Source: Acidimicrobiia bacterium
GTDB lineage: Bacteria; Actinomycetota; Acidimicrobiia; Spongiisociales; JAHEDJ01
DNA length: 62,655 nucleotides
Assembly (NCBI GenBank): GCA_029210695.1
Contig: JARGFH010000019.1
Location: forward strand, 1-62,655
Direction: 5' to 3'
Shown: positions 1 to 10,030 of the stretch, in pieces
How the letters are laid out: the number at the start of each line of letters is the position of its first letter
Numbering within the stretch: position 1 is the first letter of the stretch
Program-made: the position numbers and the translations under genes
The notes under the pieces: generated by a model
The model's input: only the letters and a program-made list of their open reading frames with translations
Database searches by the model: none
Told to the model about the DNA's origin: nothing

Positions 1-23
1 ATCAGTGGTGGACCCGACCAGGA

Positions 24-76
24 GGGGGTCAAAATTCGAGCGGTGATAAAGGGTCAGTATTCACCCGGTGGCGACA
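24..76 (+). mobile_element. Probable terminal repeat region of an IS21-family element (body lies left of the window)
   Basis: Two spaced copies of GGGTCAnnnTTC (26-37 gggtcaaaattc, 51-62 gggtcagtattc) followed by a terminal ...GACA at 73-76. This matches the multi-repeat, CA-ending architecture of IS21 ends. No transposase is inside the window. Confidence 0.55.
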
Positions 77-330
77 GCGGCTTCGGTTGGTCTTGTGGTT
101 GAGACCTTTGAGAGGCAGTCGTGACGGTTCATGAGTCGTGGTGGCCGTAGACCTCGAGATGGGTCTCGTCGCCAGCCGATACCCTGATGGAGCTGCGGTG
201 CCGATTGGCATGTGCCATGGCGGCTAGATCACTTCCAGTCGGGTGTGGAGCGGGATCGAAAGGGTCTTATTCCTCTGGTCGGGTTGCGTGGATCGGACTA
301 TCGATGCTGTTGCCGAGCTCTCTACAGCCA
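77..330 (+). ncRNA. Putative structured non-coding region resembling the non-coding end of actinobacterial IS110 elements
   Basis: No credible ORF. Contains a local hairpin (agacc-tcgagatg-ggtct) and a further gagacc complementary to ggtctc. The resemblance to IS110 non-coding ends is from recall and unverified. Confidence 0.3.
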
Positions 331-343
331 TTGGGGGTGGTGG

Positions 344-1574
344 ATGACCGACTCCGGGGCGCACATGTCGGGAAGCACGGTCGCCGATGCGGGCACGAGG
401 TGGGAGCCGGGTCCGTCCCTTCCCCGGCTGGAGGCTCGGGGCGATGAGTCGCCCGGGCATACCGAGGCGTTCGACGCTTGTGTGGAGGACATTCGCAGGC
501 GGTTGGCCTCGGACATTCCCTTCCTCGTTCCTCGTCTGGAGGATCAGATTCGGCGGCGGCTGGGAGTGGCACCGCTGAGTGCACGAGCAGCAGTGCTCTT
601 CGGTTCGCTGGGTCGTTCTCAGGCTGGCTCTGGTGCTGCTGGTCACCGCGCTGGCCGGACAGTGGGCCGGGATTCCCTGGGGCCGGTGGGCGGTGATCCT
701 CGTGTTCTACGGTCTGAACGACGCCACGCAACCGCTGAGGATGCCGCCCCTCGATGTCCAGCTGGGGCCGTGGCAAACGCGGACAATGGAGGACTGGTTG
801 GCGCTGCTGCCGACCATGGTGCGGGAGTCCGATGTGCGAGAGCTGGCCGACTTCACTCGCCGCTGGCATCGGTTGCCTTGGGTGGCGGTGCCGGGCGTGG
901 CGGTGGCCGCCATCATGCTGGTGGCCTGCGCGCTGTTCACCCCCACCGCCATCGGTGAGCTGCCGGCGGGCAGCATCGTCCTGCTGGCCTTGCTGCTCTT
1001 CGACTTCGGGGTGAACTTCAACCCGATCGACTGGGCGGTCATGACCCGTGAAGCCAGATATGAGCATCACCTCTTCTTGTCCAGCCCGGTCGACTCGCCC
1101 GAAGTCCAGAAGGCAGTGCGGACGACGAATCTTTTTGGGTTCGCCTCCGGAATATGGATCACCATCCATCTGGTGCTGGCGGTGGTCCTGGTGTCGTGGG
1201 AGTCGCCGCTGGTGCTTCCCCTGGCGGTGGGGTTCGTCGTGTTCGGCTACCTCACCGCCATTGGTTCGACCCTCGGTTTCCGGGCCGGTATCGAGAAGAT
1301 CGTCCGGCGGGCCCGCGACCAGCGCCTAGCGGTGCTGCGGCGTCGCATCAATGCGTTCGAGCCACGGTTCGGGGAACTATCTCCCGAGGAGTCCGAGCAG
1401 CTCCGGGGTCTCATCGATCTCCACAACGTGATCCGGGACGCCCCCACCACCCCCACCGCCACCCACACCCTCCTGCACGCCGCAGTTGGACTGACCGTCC
1501 CCACCATCATGTTCGTGATAGCCGTGTTCGGCGAGGTTTACGCCGAACGCATCCTCGACGCCCTCCTCCCCTAA
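344..1574 (+). CDS. Multi-pass membrane hypothetical protein with an apparent frameshift at about 610
   Basis: ATG 344 (MTDSGAH...AVLFGSL) continues into the hydrophobic ORF 579-1574 (VVLRLALVLL...) if one G of ggg at 610-612 is removed. About 6-7 hydrophobic segments. Confidence 0.6.
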
Positions 1575-1588
1575 CGGCCACCGGCCGC

Positions 1589-1930
1589 TCAACCGTCCAT
1601 CTGATCGAGGTCGCACAGGGCTTGACGGGCAGCATCCCCGATCGCCCCTCCCTGGTCGGTCAGGGACTGGAGCCCTCGACGGGCGCGGGCGGACCCGATG
1701 CTCGTCAACACATCCACCAGTTGAGGTGATCCCGTGCCGCCGGTCAGAGCGTTCGTGACTGGATCAACCGATCGGTCGCCCGCCCGGACCAGCAGCATGC
1801 CGGCCAGCATCTGGTTGTTCTCGTCGGTTGAGCCGGCCGCTTCGATGAGGACCGTTCCGGCCCGGGAGGCGCCGGTGAGCCGCCACACCGCTCCGGCGGT
1901 GAGCACCCTGGCCGAGGCAGCGAGACCCAT
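1589..1930 (-). CDS. Small helical (HEAT-like) hypothetical protein
   Basis: ATG at 1930 with a GAGG SD-like sequence, 10 bp after the stop of the upstream hydrolase. Ala/Leu-rich, ending GDAARQAL. Confidence 0.6.
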   Translation of the reverse strand: MGLAASARVLTAGAVWRLTGASRAGTVLIEAAGSTDENNQMLAGMLLVRAGDRSVDPVTNALTGGTGSPQLVDVLTSIGSARARRGLQSLTDQGGAIGDAARQALCDLDQMDG

Positions 1931-1940
1931 CAGCCTGTCC

Positions 1941-3055
1941 TCACCGGTTGGCCAGCTTGGCGGGTAGATCGTGCATGTCCCAGTAGCCGGGATCGTGGGT
2001 GTGCCCGTGGTCAAACCACCCGTGTTTGTAGCTCTTGACCTTGGCCCGGTGGGCGGCCGGCGGGTTGAATGTCTGCCCTCCCCGGTCGGCAACTATCACG
2101 AGATCGAACCTCACTCGCACGTCGATCACAAGGCGAGCGTTGCTGAAGTTCGGGATCCATCCCTGGTGAACCGGCCAGCTCAGCAGGACGAGACGATCGA
2201 GCCGCAGCCCGTCACGCGTCGCCAGGTTGCCCACGGTCCCTCCGTGGCTGTGGGCGATGAAATCCGGTGTGTCCAGTTGCTGATCGACGGTCCAGGCTCG
2301 CAGTTGATCAGCGGCCAGTTGCCGTCCGGTCTCCGAATAGAGACCCGACCATCGGAAGCTCGGATCGTGGAGGTGCAGAGGCGGTGCAAGGCCATCGAGA
2401 TACTCGTAGAAGTCACCGCCGGGTCGCCACCAGCGACTCCGTGAGGCGAACGTTCCGTGGGATAGCAGCGCGGTATTCGACTTCTCCAGTCGTCCCGTGA
2501 GCTTCGCCGGCCGTCCGACGACGTTCTTCAGCGCCTCATGCGTGTGATCGATCCGGCCGAGCGCGACTCGTGCGATGTCCCTGGTGAGAGGATCACGGGC
2601 GCCGGCGCCTTCGGACAGGCAGTGCATCACGTCGGGGCGCGGGCGGTCGTATCGAGGGCGGCGACTGCCGCAGCCGTCCGGACCAACTGATGCCGGCTGT
2701 GCATGCTGGCCTCGACGAGTGAGGCGGCGCGGATCGGGTCGGGACGATCGATCAGCTGACGGGCGAGGGCGGCTCCTTCCGCAGCCGGGACTTTCAAGTT
2801 CTGCTGCTCGGTGTAACCCGCGGTATCGACGTCGAGGTAGGTCGGGGCTCGTTCGACAGAGATCTTCCGCTTCCGTTCCAGCTTGGCGAGTTCAGGGAGC
2901 ACCATCTCCTTCTGGTGAGGGAGGCGATCGGCGTACCCGGCTACACCCGAACCGGCGGCCAATACGAAGGCCGCTTGAGAAAGCTGGGCCGAGCGGCTTC
3001 GTTCCTCGAACGCCTCCGGTCCCGGTATTGGTATCGCTTCTCGATAGGCGGCCAT
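1941..3055 (-). CDS. Alpha/beta-hydrolase (lipase-like) with helical N-terminus, split by a probable frameshift at about 2645
   Basis: LLSHGT oxyanion-type motif, nucleophile elbow IAHSHGG and C-terminal His. ORFs 2627-3055 and 1941-2630 join as ...ALDTTGPRPDVMHC if one G is added. Confidence 0.65.
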
Positions 3056-3180
3056 GCGGTTCCCCTCTCTCGACTGGCTGGTCTGTGGCTAGCCGTCTGG
3101 CTCCAAGGTAACGCACCGCGCCGCTTCTGTTCCTCCCCCGGGTCGATGCCGGACCCTGGGGCGCTCCGTGAGCGATGTGC

Positions 3181-4077
3181 TCATGCCATTCCGTAGACCT
3201 GGTGCGGGGTCAATACCTCCGGGAAGCGGTGCAAGAGCGAGCGCCGCGTCTCGAAACAGAGGTGGCACTCATCGACGTACTCATCATCCGGATCAAACCC
3301 GTACGAAAGTGCCAGCGCGGCCGGCCCGCCTTCGACGAGCGGGCCACAAATCGGATGGTCGGCGGCTCGGTAGTGCTCCATGATTTTGCGGACCGGCGCC
3401 TTCCACACGTTGCCGATCGAAATCCCCTGACACAGCTGTACGTGCCCGTAGGGATCGACGTGGATCCGGGTGGGAGTCTCTAGTTCTTCGAATGGGCACT
3501 CCTTCATGGTGTCCCACGCCCGGCCGGGCAAACCCGGGGCGAGGCGGTCGACTGCCCTACCTCTGAACATGACGGACCCACCCGCCACAGGTTCGCCTTT
3601 CGCCTGTCCGACGACTCCGAACCCGTTGGGAGGATCGATGGAGATCGAGCCGGTTGGAATCCCGAGATGCTTTGCGACCCTCATTGTGCGTTTGGCCGGG
3701 TTGTCGGTCTCCTCACCGTGGTGGAATACGTCGTCACTGACGCTGAGATCGGCGATGCCGAGCCCGGCGAGCGGACGCAGCCAGAGTTCGGCGTCTGCCT
3801 CCGTCGCCGCGAAGAAGCCACTGGTCACGATTCCGACTTCGAATCCGCGCTCCCGCGCGGAGCGCACACCCTCGACCAGGAGCGGGTAGAACAGGAATGA
3901 CTCGCCTCCCTCGAAGTAGATCCAGTCGATTGTGGGGACATCCTGTGCCTGGTCGAGCAACTGGTTGAGCCGACCTACGCTGAAGGTTCCCTCGGCGTAG
4001 GGACTCGAGTACACAAAACAGTGGTCGCACTCGAATGGGCATGTGTAGGTGAGCAGGATGTGGAGCTGGGCAAGCAT
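3181..4077 (-). CDS. Radical SAM protein
   Basis: CxxxCxxC (CPFECDHC), FEGGE motif and C-terminal Cys cluster (ECP...QLC...ECHLC). ATG 4077 follows an AGAGG SD. Confidence 0.9.
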   Translation of the reverse strand: MLAQLHILLTYTCPFECDHCFVYSSPYAEGTFSVGRLNQLLDQAQDVPTIDWIYFEGGESFLFYPLLVEGVRSARERGFEVGIVTSGFFAATEADAELWLRPLAGLGIADLSVSDDVFHHGEETDNPAKRTMRVAKHLGIPTGSISIDPPNGFGVVGQAKGEPVAGGSVMFRGRAVDRLAPGLPGRAWDTMKECPFEELETPTRIHVDPYGHVQLCQGISIGNVWKAPVRKIMEHYRAADHPICGPLVEGGPAALALSYGFDPDDEYVDECHLCFETRRSLLHRFPEVLTPHQVYGMA

Positions 4078-4138
4078 CGTGTCCTCTCTACCGGTACCAC
4101 CGAACATAGCGGAGCGGCGCACGCGGCGACCCAAAATT

Positions 4139-4190
4139 CGTTTTCGCGCGGGATTCCCACCCTATGGGGTGGGATCGCCGCGCGAAAACG
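4139..4190. repeat. REP-like 52 bp palindrome, copy 1
   Basis: cgttttcgcgcgg...ccgcgcgaaaacg inverted arms; near-identical copy at 28591-28642. Confidence 0.8.
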
Positions 4191-5430
4191 GGTCGGTTGC
4201 TTTGTCGAGGTTGCCGAGGATCATGGGGGATTCGTCGAGGAAACTCGTTAGAGCAATGACGAGTGCCGTCAGGGCGATGAACACCACCATCGAGCCGGTC
4301 ATCGAGTCGGTCGTTTCGGCCTTGAAGGCGTCCATGCCGAGGATGAACAGGACTCCCGAGACCTGCCCGGCCATCACAATGATGCCCTGGGAAGTGGATT
4401 CCGGCGCCGGATAGCTGATCTCCGCGCTGTACTGAAACCCCAGCGGATAGGCGCTCATCAGGAAGAACCCGAACACGAAACTCGACAGAAGCAGCAGCGG
4501 ATAACCGGAGGCGAAAGTCAAACCGATCAGTCCGGGAGCCATACCGGCCACCGCCAGAAGCAGGAACGGTTTGCGCCGGCGTCGACGATCAGACAACACC
4601 GGCAGGATCCCGGCGCCGAAGATACCTCCGACCACCATCAAGGCGCCGATCATCCCGGCCTCCCCCGGCCCGAATCCGCGAGGGGCGACGATCTGCTCGA
4701 TCCACGTGCTGATCGCGTTGAACATCCCCAATCCGACGAAGAACAGCAGCAGCAGGATCAGCATGTCTTTCTGCCGGAAGATGTGTCGCAGCCCCTCGAA
4801 CACCCTGGTCCGTTCATTGTCGTCGGTGAGGCTCGGTGGCGTCGGCGGCCGCTCCCGAATCAACACCAGGGCCACAACCGCTCCGACCACCGAGAGAACT
4901 CCGTAGATCATCAGCATCCCGATCATCCCCTGGCCGCTCACCAGGTACGGCGTAGCCGCCATCGCCACGATGATCCCGACGAATTGGGCTAGAGAGGGGA
5001 TAGCCGCGGCAGTCGCTCGCTCCTCGAGGGGAAACCAATGGGCCGCCACTTTGGTGATTGCGTTCATCACGAATGGCTGCCCGACGGCCAATCCGATCTG
5101 GCTGATCAGGACGGGCGTGTAGGCGTCGGCGAACATGCCGCGCGTCAGGGCGAACACGCCGGTCAAAAGAGCACCGATCCCGATACCGACCCGGATCCCG
5201 TAGGTGTCGATGATGTAGGAGGCCGGGATTGAAACGACGATGAACACCACCATGAACACGAGCGACAAAAGACCGATCTCCAGTTCGCTCACTCCGTAGA
5301 ACAAAGCTGCGTCCCCGGTCACCGGCGCGAACGTGATCCAGTTCATTTGGACGAGAGCGTTGAGAAGGGAAAAGCCGCCCAGTACGACCCAGCGGTATTC
5401 GTACAGCCGAAGGGTGGTCGTCTCTGCCAT
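4162..5430 (-). CDS. MFS transporter (FLVCR-like)
   Basis: 12 hydrophobic segments; YRWVVL start, IIDTYGIR and LSDRRRRRK MFS loop motifs, WFPLEERATA. Confidence 0.9.
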   Translation of the reverse strand: MAETTTLRLYEYRWVVLGGFSLLNALVQMNWITFAPVTGDAALFYGVSELEIGLLSLVFMVVFIVVSIPASYIIDTYGIRVGIGIGALLTGVFALTRGMFADAYTPVLISQIGLAVGQPFVMNAITKVAAHWFPLEERATAAAIPSLAQFVGIIVAMAATPYLVSGQGMIGMLMIYGVLSVVGAVVALVLIRERPPTPPSLTDDNERTRVFEGLRHIFRQKDMLILLLLFFVGLGMFNAISTWIEQIVAPRGFGPGEAGMIGALMVVGGIFGAGILPVLSDRRRRRKPFLLLAVAGMAPGLIGLTFASGYPLLLLSSFVFGFFLMSAYPLGFQYSAEISYPAPESTSQGIIVMAGQVSGVLFILGMDAFKAETTDSMTGSMVVFIALTALVIALTSFLDESPMILGNLDKATDPFSRGDPTP

Positions 5431-5551
5431 CACTCCCTCGCGATCGGGTGATCGTCACGGTAGTAAGAAGCCCGGACGGAGGGGATAGGGATCGAGGAGT
5501 TTGCCGTCGTCCGGAGAGAACTGGCGAGCGTCAGTTAGACCGTCGAGCGGA

Positions 5552-5899
5552 TTACTTCTTCGCTTTGGGGGGCAGGCTTGCCGTGTGATCGAGTGCCTTC
5601 TCTACCCATTGCGCCGTGGGTTGTGGCTCCGCCCGCCAGGAAGGTGGAAGTGCCACGTACTCCTTCATAGGACGTTCCTCTGGCCCGAATGGACCGGCCC
5701 CATCAAACGCCAGTAATTCGTCTCGGTCGTTTTCAGGGAGTCGGACACCCACAGCCGGGCCGAACAAGCCCATGAACATATTGCCGTTCACAAAAGCGGC
5801 AACATTCCCGAACGTCGGCTTGATCTCGACGGCGCGGTGATCCGGAACGATCGACCGCAAGTACACCTTGTCCTCTTCGGTTGGCTTGGGCATCTTCAT
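5552..5899 (-). CDS. TfoX N-terminal domain family protein
   Basis: KPTFGNVAAFVNGNMFMGL...RPMKEYV...LPPK pattern typical of small TfoX_N proteins. Confidence 0.8.
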   Translation of the reverse strand: MKMPKPTEEDKVYLRSIVPDHRAVEIKPTFGNVAAFVNGNMFMGLFGPAVGVRLPENDRDELLAFDGAGPFGPEERPMKEYVALPPSWRAEPQPTAQWVEKALDHTASLPPKAKK

Positions 5900-6149
5900 A
5901 TCTGTCCTCCTCGGGCTTCGACGGCGCCGGACCTCCGCCGGACTCGGTCGTCAGCATGGTCAGGATGAGGGCTGCGGCGCTAGAAAGAACCATACGGATG
6001 TGAGCGCAGTCCGGCCGCAGGAGCGGGCCACCGGGAACGGTGCGTTTACTCAGCTGAGAGGGCCATTCGCCTCTGGACTATCCCGTCAAGGTTCGAGAGA
6101 CTCGCGGTGAGGCGCCGCACTTCGGCGCCTGCGAATTGGAGGGTTCAAC

Positions 6150-6629
6150 ATGGTGACAATTAAGGAAGCGGCCGCCGACTTCCTGGCTCAGAAGCGAGTG
6201 GCGGTAGCCGGCGTATCCCGGAATCCGCAGGGACACGGAAGCAACATCGTCTATCAACGACTCCGGGACCGCGGTTACGACGTGTTCGCGGTGAACCCCA
6301 ACGCAGATGAGATCGAAGGGGACCGGTGTTACCACGATCTCGGCTCGATCCCGGGTGGAGTCGATGCGGTTGTGATCGGAACGAGTCAAGACAACGCGGC
6401 TGCCGTCATGCGCGACGTCGTGGCGGTGGGCGTGAAGCGAGTATGGATGCACCGCTCATTTGGACCGGGCAGCGTTTCCGAGGAGGCGACCCGCCTCGGC
6501 CGCGAAAACGGCGTGGTCGTCATCGATGGCGGTTGTCCGCTGATGTTCGACCCGACTGCCGACTTCGGTCACAAGTGCATGCGGCCGGTCATGTCGTTGA
6601 TGGGGGCGGTCCCGAAACAGGTCTCCTAG
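6150..6629 (+). CDS. CoA-binding protein (YccU-like)
   Basis: VAVAGVSRN, VFAVNPN, VWMH and GGCP motifs; GGAGG SD. Confidence 0.9.
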   Translation: MVTIKEAAADFLAQKRVAVAGVSRNPQGHGSNIVYQRLRDRGYDVFAVNPNADEIEGDRCYHDLGSIPGGVDAVVIGTSQDNAAAVMRDVVAVGVKRVWMHRSFGPGSVSEEATRLGRENGVVVIDGGCPLMFDPTADFGHKCMRPVMSLMGAVPKQVS

Positions 6630-6639
6630 TCACAGCCGT

Positions 6640-7413
6640 TCAATCGTCGTTGTCGTCACCTTGTGAGTCGGCACCGCCGGTCTTGTCCGTCTTGTCGGAC
6701 TTCTCTCCATCGGCCCGGGCCTGATCGGGGACGGGCTTGTCGATCTTCTCCGGTTTGTCGGTGTGCTTCTCATCGGCGGGGTCGAGTGCGTCGCTGTCGT
6801 CGAGTGACTCTAAGTCGTCGGCGGAATCGAACTCCTCGTGGTCGTCCGATTGCTCTGCGCCGGACTCGTCGTCATCGTCGAGACCGAACTGGGACGGGCG
6901 CGGGTGGGGGCCACAGACATCCGTCGGATTCAGCCCCTCTTCGTGGTAGCCCTTTGCATAGTCCGAAACACAATCGGCCCACTCCTGGGCGGCCGCGGCG
7001 AGTTCACGGGCGCTCACAGCCTGGCTCTGCGCAGACGAAACCAGCGCGATCATCTCGTCGAAGGTGAGGTCGGTCGAAGGAGCGTCGATCTGATCGCCGG
7101 GTGCGTCGATCTGGACGCCGGCCACGGTCGATTCCGTTTCTCCTGCGAACGGGTTGGGAGCCGGGACCACGGATGCGGAGGCGAAGCCACCGACCGCCGC
7201 CAATGCCACAGACCCCATCATCAATTTGATGACGAGGCCGGATGAGAAAATGCCAATGACGGCCGTTCTGCGGCGTCGGGGTGGGGGGATCGTGATCGGG
7301 CCATTCCCGAAGGTACGGCGGACACCGCATCGACCACAAACCAGCGCCCCGCGCTGGTAGGCGACGGCCTGCCCGTTGCAGAACTCGCAACGCTCGGTTG
7401 TGATTGTTTTCAT
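6640..7413 (-). CDS. Hypothetical protein: N-terminal Zn-ribbon, one TM helix and acidic low-complexity tail
   Basis: CEFC...CGRC, a hydrophobic segment and a D/E-rich tail with DK repeats. AAGGAG SD before ATG 7413. Confidence 0.6.
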   Translation of the reverse strand: MKTITTERCEFCNGQAVAYQRGALVCGRCGVRRTFGNGPITIPPPRRRRTAVIGIFSSGLVIKLMMGSVALAAVGGFASASVVPAPNPFAGETESTVAGVQIDAPGDQIDAPSTDLTFDEMIALVSSAQSQAVSARELAAAAQEWADCVSDYAKGYHEEGLNPTDVCGPHPRPSQFGLDDDDESGAEQSDDHEEFDSADDLESLDDSDALDPADEKHTDKPEKIDKPVPDQARADGEKSDKTDKTGGADSQGDDNDD

Positions 7414-7679
7414 GTGCCCGCTCCTTACCCTTCTCATCGTCAACCACCGAGAGTGGTTGAGAGCCAAAGGCCCTGGTGACGAAAGGACTAGTCAGCCCCG
7501 GGAGGGGCGGAAGCCACCCGGGGCGCTCGTCGCGGCTGGGTCAACCGCTCAGGAATCACGCAGGGCATCAACCCGGATTGCTGAGAGGACCGCCGGCCCG
7601 ATCCGTTCCCTCTCGTTTGGCAAGGCCCCCAGGAAGGCGGTACCCGAACCTTGACGAGGGCTGGCTCCGCCCAGGCTGG

Positions 7680-9995
7680 TCAGCCGTTTCGCTCGCTGAG
7701 AATCGTGTCGAGCGCTTCGACCACGATATCGGCATGGGATTCGTCGAACACCAGGGGAGGACGGATCTTCAGGACGTTCTGATGCAGCCCGGTCCGACCG
7801 ATGAGCACGTGTCGACGACGCATCTGGTTGACCAGCCATTCGGCGGTGTCCGGATCAGGCTGATCACCTGAGACGAGTTCGACGCCGACGAAAAGGCCGG
7901 CACCCCGGACGTCGCCAATCGACGGATGACGGATTGCCAGCGTACGGAGTTCGCCTCGCAGGTATTCGCCCACGCGCTCGGCGTGCGCCGGGAGATGCTC
8001 CGCCTCCATCACGTCCAGCACCGCCATGCCGGCCGCCGCGGACACCGAGTTGCCTGCGAAGGTCGAGAAGAAGTACCCGCGCTCCGTGAATGCTTCTGCG
8101 ATCTCGGTCGACGTGACGACCGCTGCAACAGGATGTCCATTACCCATCGGTTTGCCCAGGGTGACTATGTCGGGAACCACGCCCTGCTGGGCAAAGCCCC
8201 ACATGCGCTCACCGACCCGGCCGAAGCCCCCCTGGACTTCGTCGGCAATGAACAACCCGCCGGATCGGTGGATGTGGCCTGCCGCGGCTTCGAAATACCC
8301 GGAGGGAGCGTCGTAGATCCCGTCGCTGGCGAAGATCGTGTCACAGATGAAGGCGGCCGGTTGGTGCCCGGCCTCGCCGAGAGCCTCGACGGCACCGGGC
8401 ACGAATCCGGCGTAGTAAGACCCGACTTCTGCGTCGCGACCACGGCGGGTGTCGGGTGCCGGAACCGTCGCAACCCAGGACTTGAGACCGTCGTGTCCCA
8501 ATTCCTCCGGCGAGGTGGCCATGGTGAGGTAGGTCGAGCCGTGATAGGCGTAGCGAGTGATGACGAAGCCCTGATTGCCGGTCACGGTTCGGGCGATCCG
8601 CCAGGCAAGGTCGTTCGCTTCGCTTCCTGAGTTGACGAAGAGGACGACTTCGAGCCGGTCCGGAAGGAGTCCAACCAGCCGGTCGGCGTATTCGACCACG
8701 TCGTCGACGAGGTAGCGCGTATTCGTGTTCAGCACGCCCGCCTGGCGGGCGATGGCGGCCGTCACGGTCGGATTGCTATGCCCGACATGCGGCACGTTGT
8801 TGTACGCGTCCAGGAACCGATCTCCTGCGGCGTCGAATATCCATACGCCCTCCGCCGACGCTGCGTGGACGGGTTCTGCATATGACAGTCGAAGGCCCGG
8901 GCCGAATCTTCTCTCCCGATGCGCGATCAGCTCGCGTTCGGGCAGGCTTGACGGTGCCGATCGCCGACGGCACCGCCTCCGGATCTTCTCAACGAGCTCA
9001 TCAGGGTCGACGTCGGAGAGGCGTTCCAACGCAAGCCAGGTGCTGTCGGAGTAGGCGAGGATGTACTCGGTGTTATCCTCGTGATGCCCGACACGCCACG
9101 CACCGATCACCAGCGACTGCAGCAGTCTGCCTACCACCAGATCCGGGAGAACTTCCAGATCTCCGGATTCGAGTGGGATCAGCTCGTGATACGCAGCCGC
9201 CATTTCTGCGATTACGTCGGTCGGGTCTTCGTCACCGAGGATCTGGTAGGCGATGGCGACCGCCAGGTCGATAACCAGAGGACCGTGGACCATGTCGCCG
9301 AAGTCGATGATGCCTGCGATGCGGTCGGGGTCCTCGGGGTCGACGAGGAGGTTGTCCGGGTTGAAGTCGTTGTGGATGATCTGTGCTCGCAGGTGAGGTA
9401 GGCGCGGGGCAACCAGATCGTCGAACCGGTTGAGCCAGTGCTCGATGAGGGGTTGCTGGGCGGGTTCGACGTGGTGGAGCTTCGGGCGGAGCGCGGCGAG
9501 ATGGGCCAGATCCCAGAGGAGCACTCGCCCGGCAGCCGGATGGAAGAACCCGCGTAGTGCCAGCTCGAGGCGGGCCAGTGTGGTGGCAACGCTGTGACGA
9601 AGCGAGGCCGATGAGACACCCTGTTCAAGCGTGGCCCCCGGGAGGTAGCTCACCATCCGCACCGGCAGATTTGCTTTCCCCGCCACGTAGGTACCCAGGG
9701 TTTGATCATCGAGAGTCCGGCGCGGCCGGGGTACCGGCAGGTCCGGATCCATTGAAGCGATGTGTTCGAGAGCCGCCGCTTCCATGAACAGCACTTGGGA
9801 GCCCTCAGCCGGGTTGGCGAACTTGAGGACGTGGGCCCCGTCCGGGCCCATGATCAGGAAATTGCGATCACGCTCGCTGTCCAACGGACGGACGTCTCCG
9901 TCCACGCCGAACATACGGGATGCCACGTCTGTGGCCTCCGCGGTGGTGACTTCTGGGACCGGTTGCTCGAGCAGTTCGTCTGCCGGATGGGACAT
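7680..9995 (-). CDS. Bifunctional amino-alcohol kinase (APH fold) / class III PLP aminotransferase-phospholyase
   Basis: N-terminal SERDRNF, IIHNDFNPDN and IIDFGD kinase motifs. C-terminal DAYNNVPHVGH, NSGSEAND, ADEVQGGFGR and TLGKPMGNG (PLP Lys). Confidence 0.9.
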   Translation of the reverse strand: MSHPADELLEQPVPEVTTAEATDVASRMFGVDGDVRPLDSERDRNFLIMGPDGAHVLKFANPAEGSQVLFMEAAALEHIASMDPDLPVPRPRRTLDDQTLGTYVAGKANLPVRMVSYLPGATLEQGVSSASLRHSVATTLARLELALRGFFHPAAGRVLLWDLAHLAALRPKLHHVEPAQQPLIEHWLNRFDDLVAPRLPHLRAQIIHNDFNPDNLLVDPEDPDRIAGIIDFGDMVHGPLVIDLAVAIAYQILGDEDPTDVIAEMAAAYHELIPLESGDLEVLPDLVVGRLLQSLVIGAWRVGHHEDNTEYILAYSDSTWLALERLSDVDPDELVEKIRRRCRRRSAPSSLPERELIAHRERRFGPGLRLSYAEPVHAASAEGVWIFDAAGDRFLDAYNNVPHVGHSNPTVTAAIARQAGVLNTNTRYLVDDVVEYADRLVGLLPDRLEVVLFVNSGSEANDLAWRIARTVTGNQGFVITRYAYHGSTYLTMATSPEELGHDGLKSWVATVPAPDTRRGRDAEVGSYYAGFVPGAVEALGEAGHQPAAFICDTIFASDGIYDAPSGYFEAAAGHIHRSGGLFIADEVQGGFGRVGERMWGFAQQGVVPDIVTLGKPMGNGHPVAAVVTSTEIAEAFTERGYFFSTFAGNSVSAAAGMAVLDVMEAEHLPAHAERVGEYLRGELRTLAIRHPSIGDVRGAGLFVGVELVSGDQPDPDTAEWLVNQMRRRHVLIGRTGLHQNVLKIRPPLVFDESHADIVVEALDTILSERNG

Positions 9996-10030
9996 ACGCA
10001 GACGATACCGTGCTCCACCCATACCGTGGA

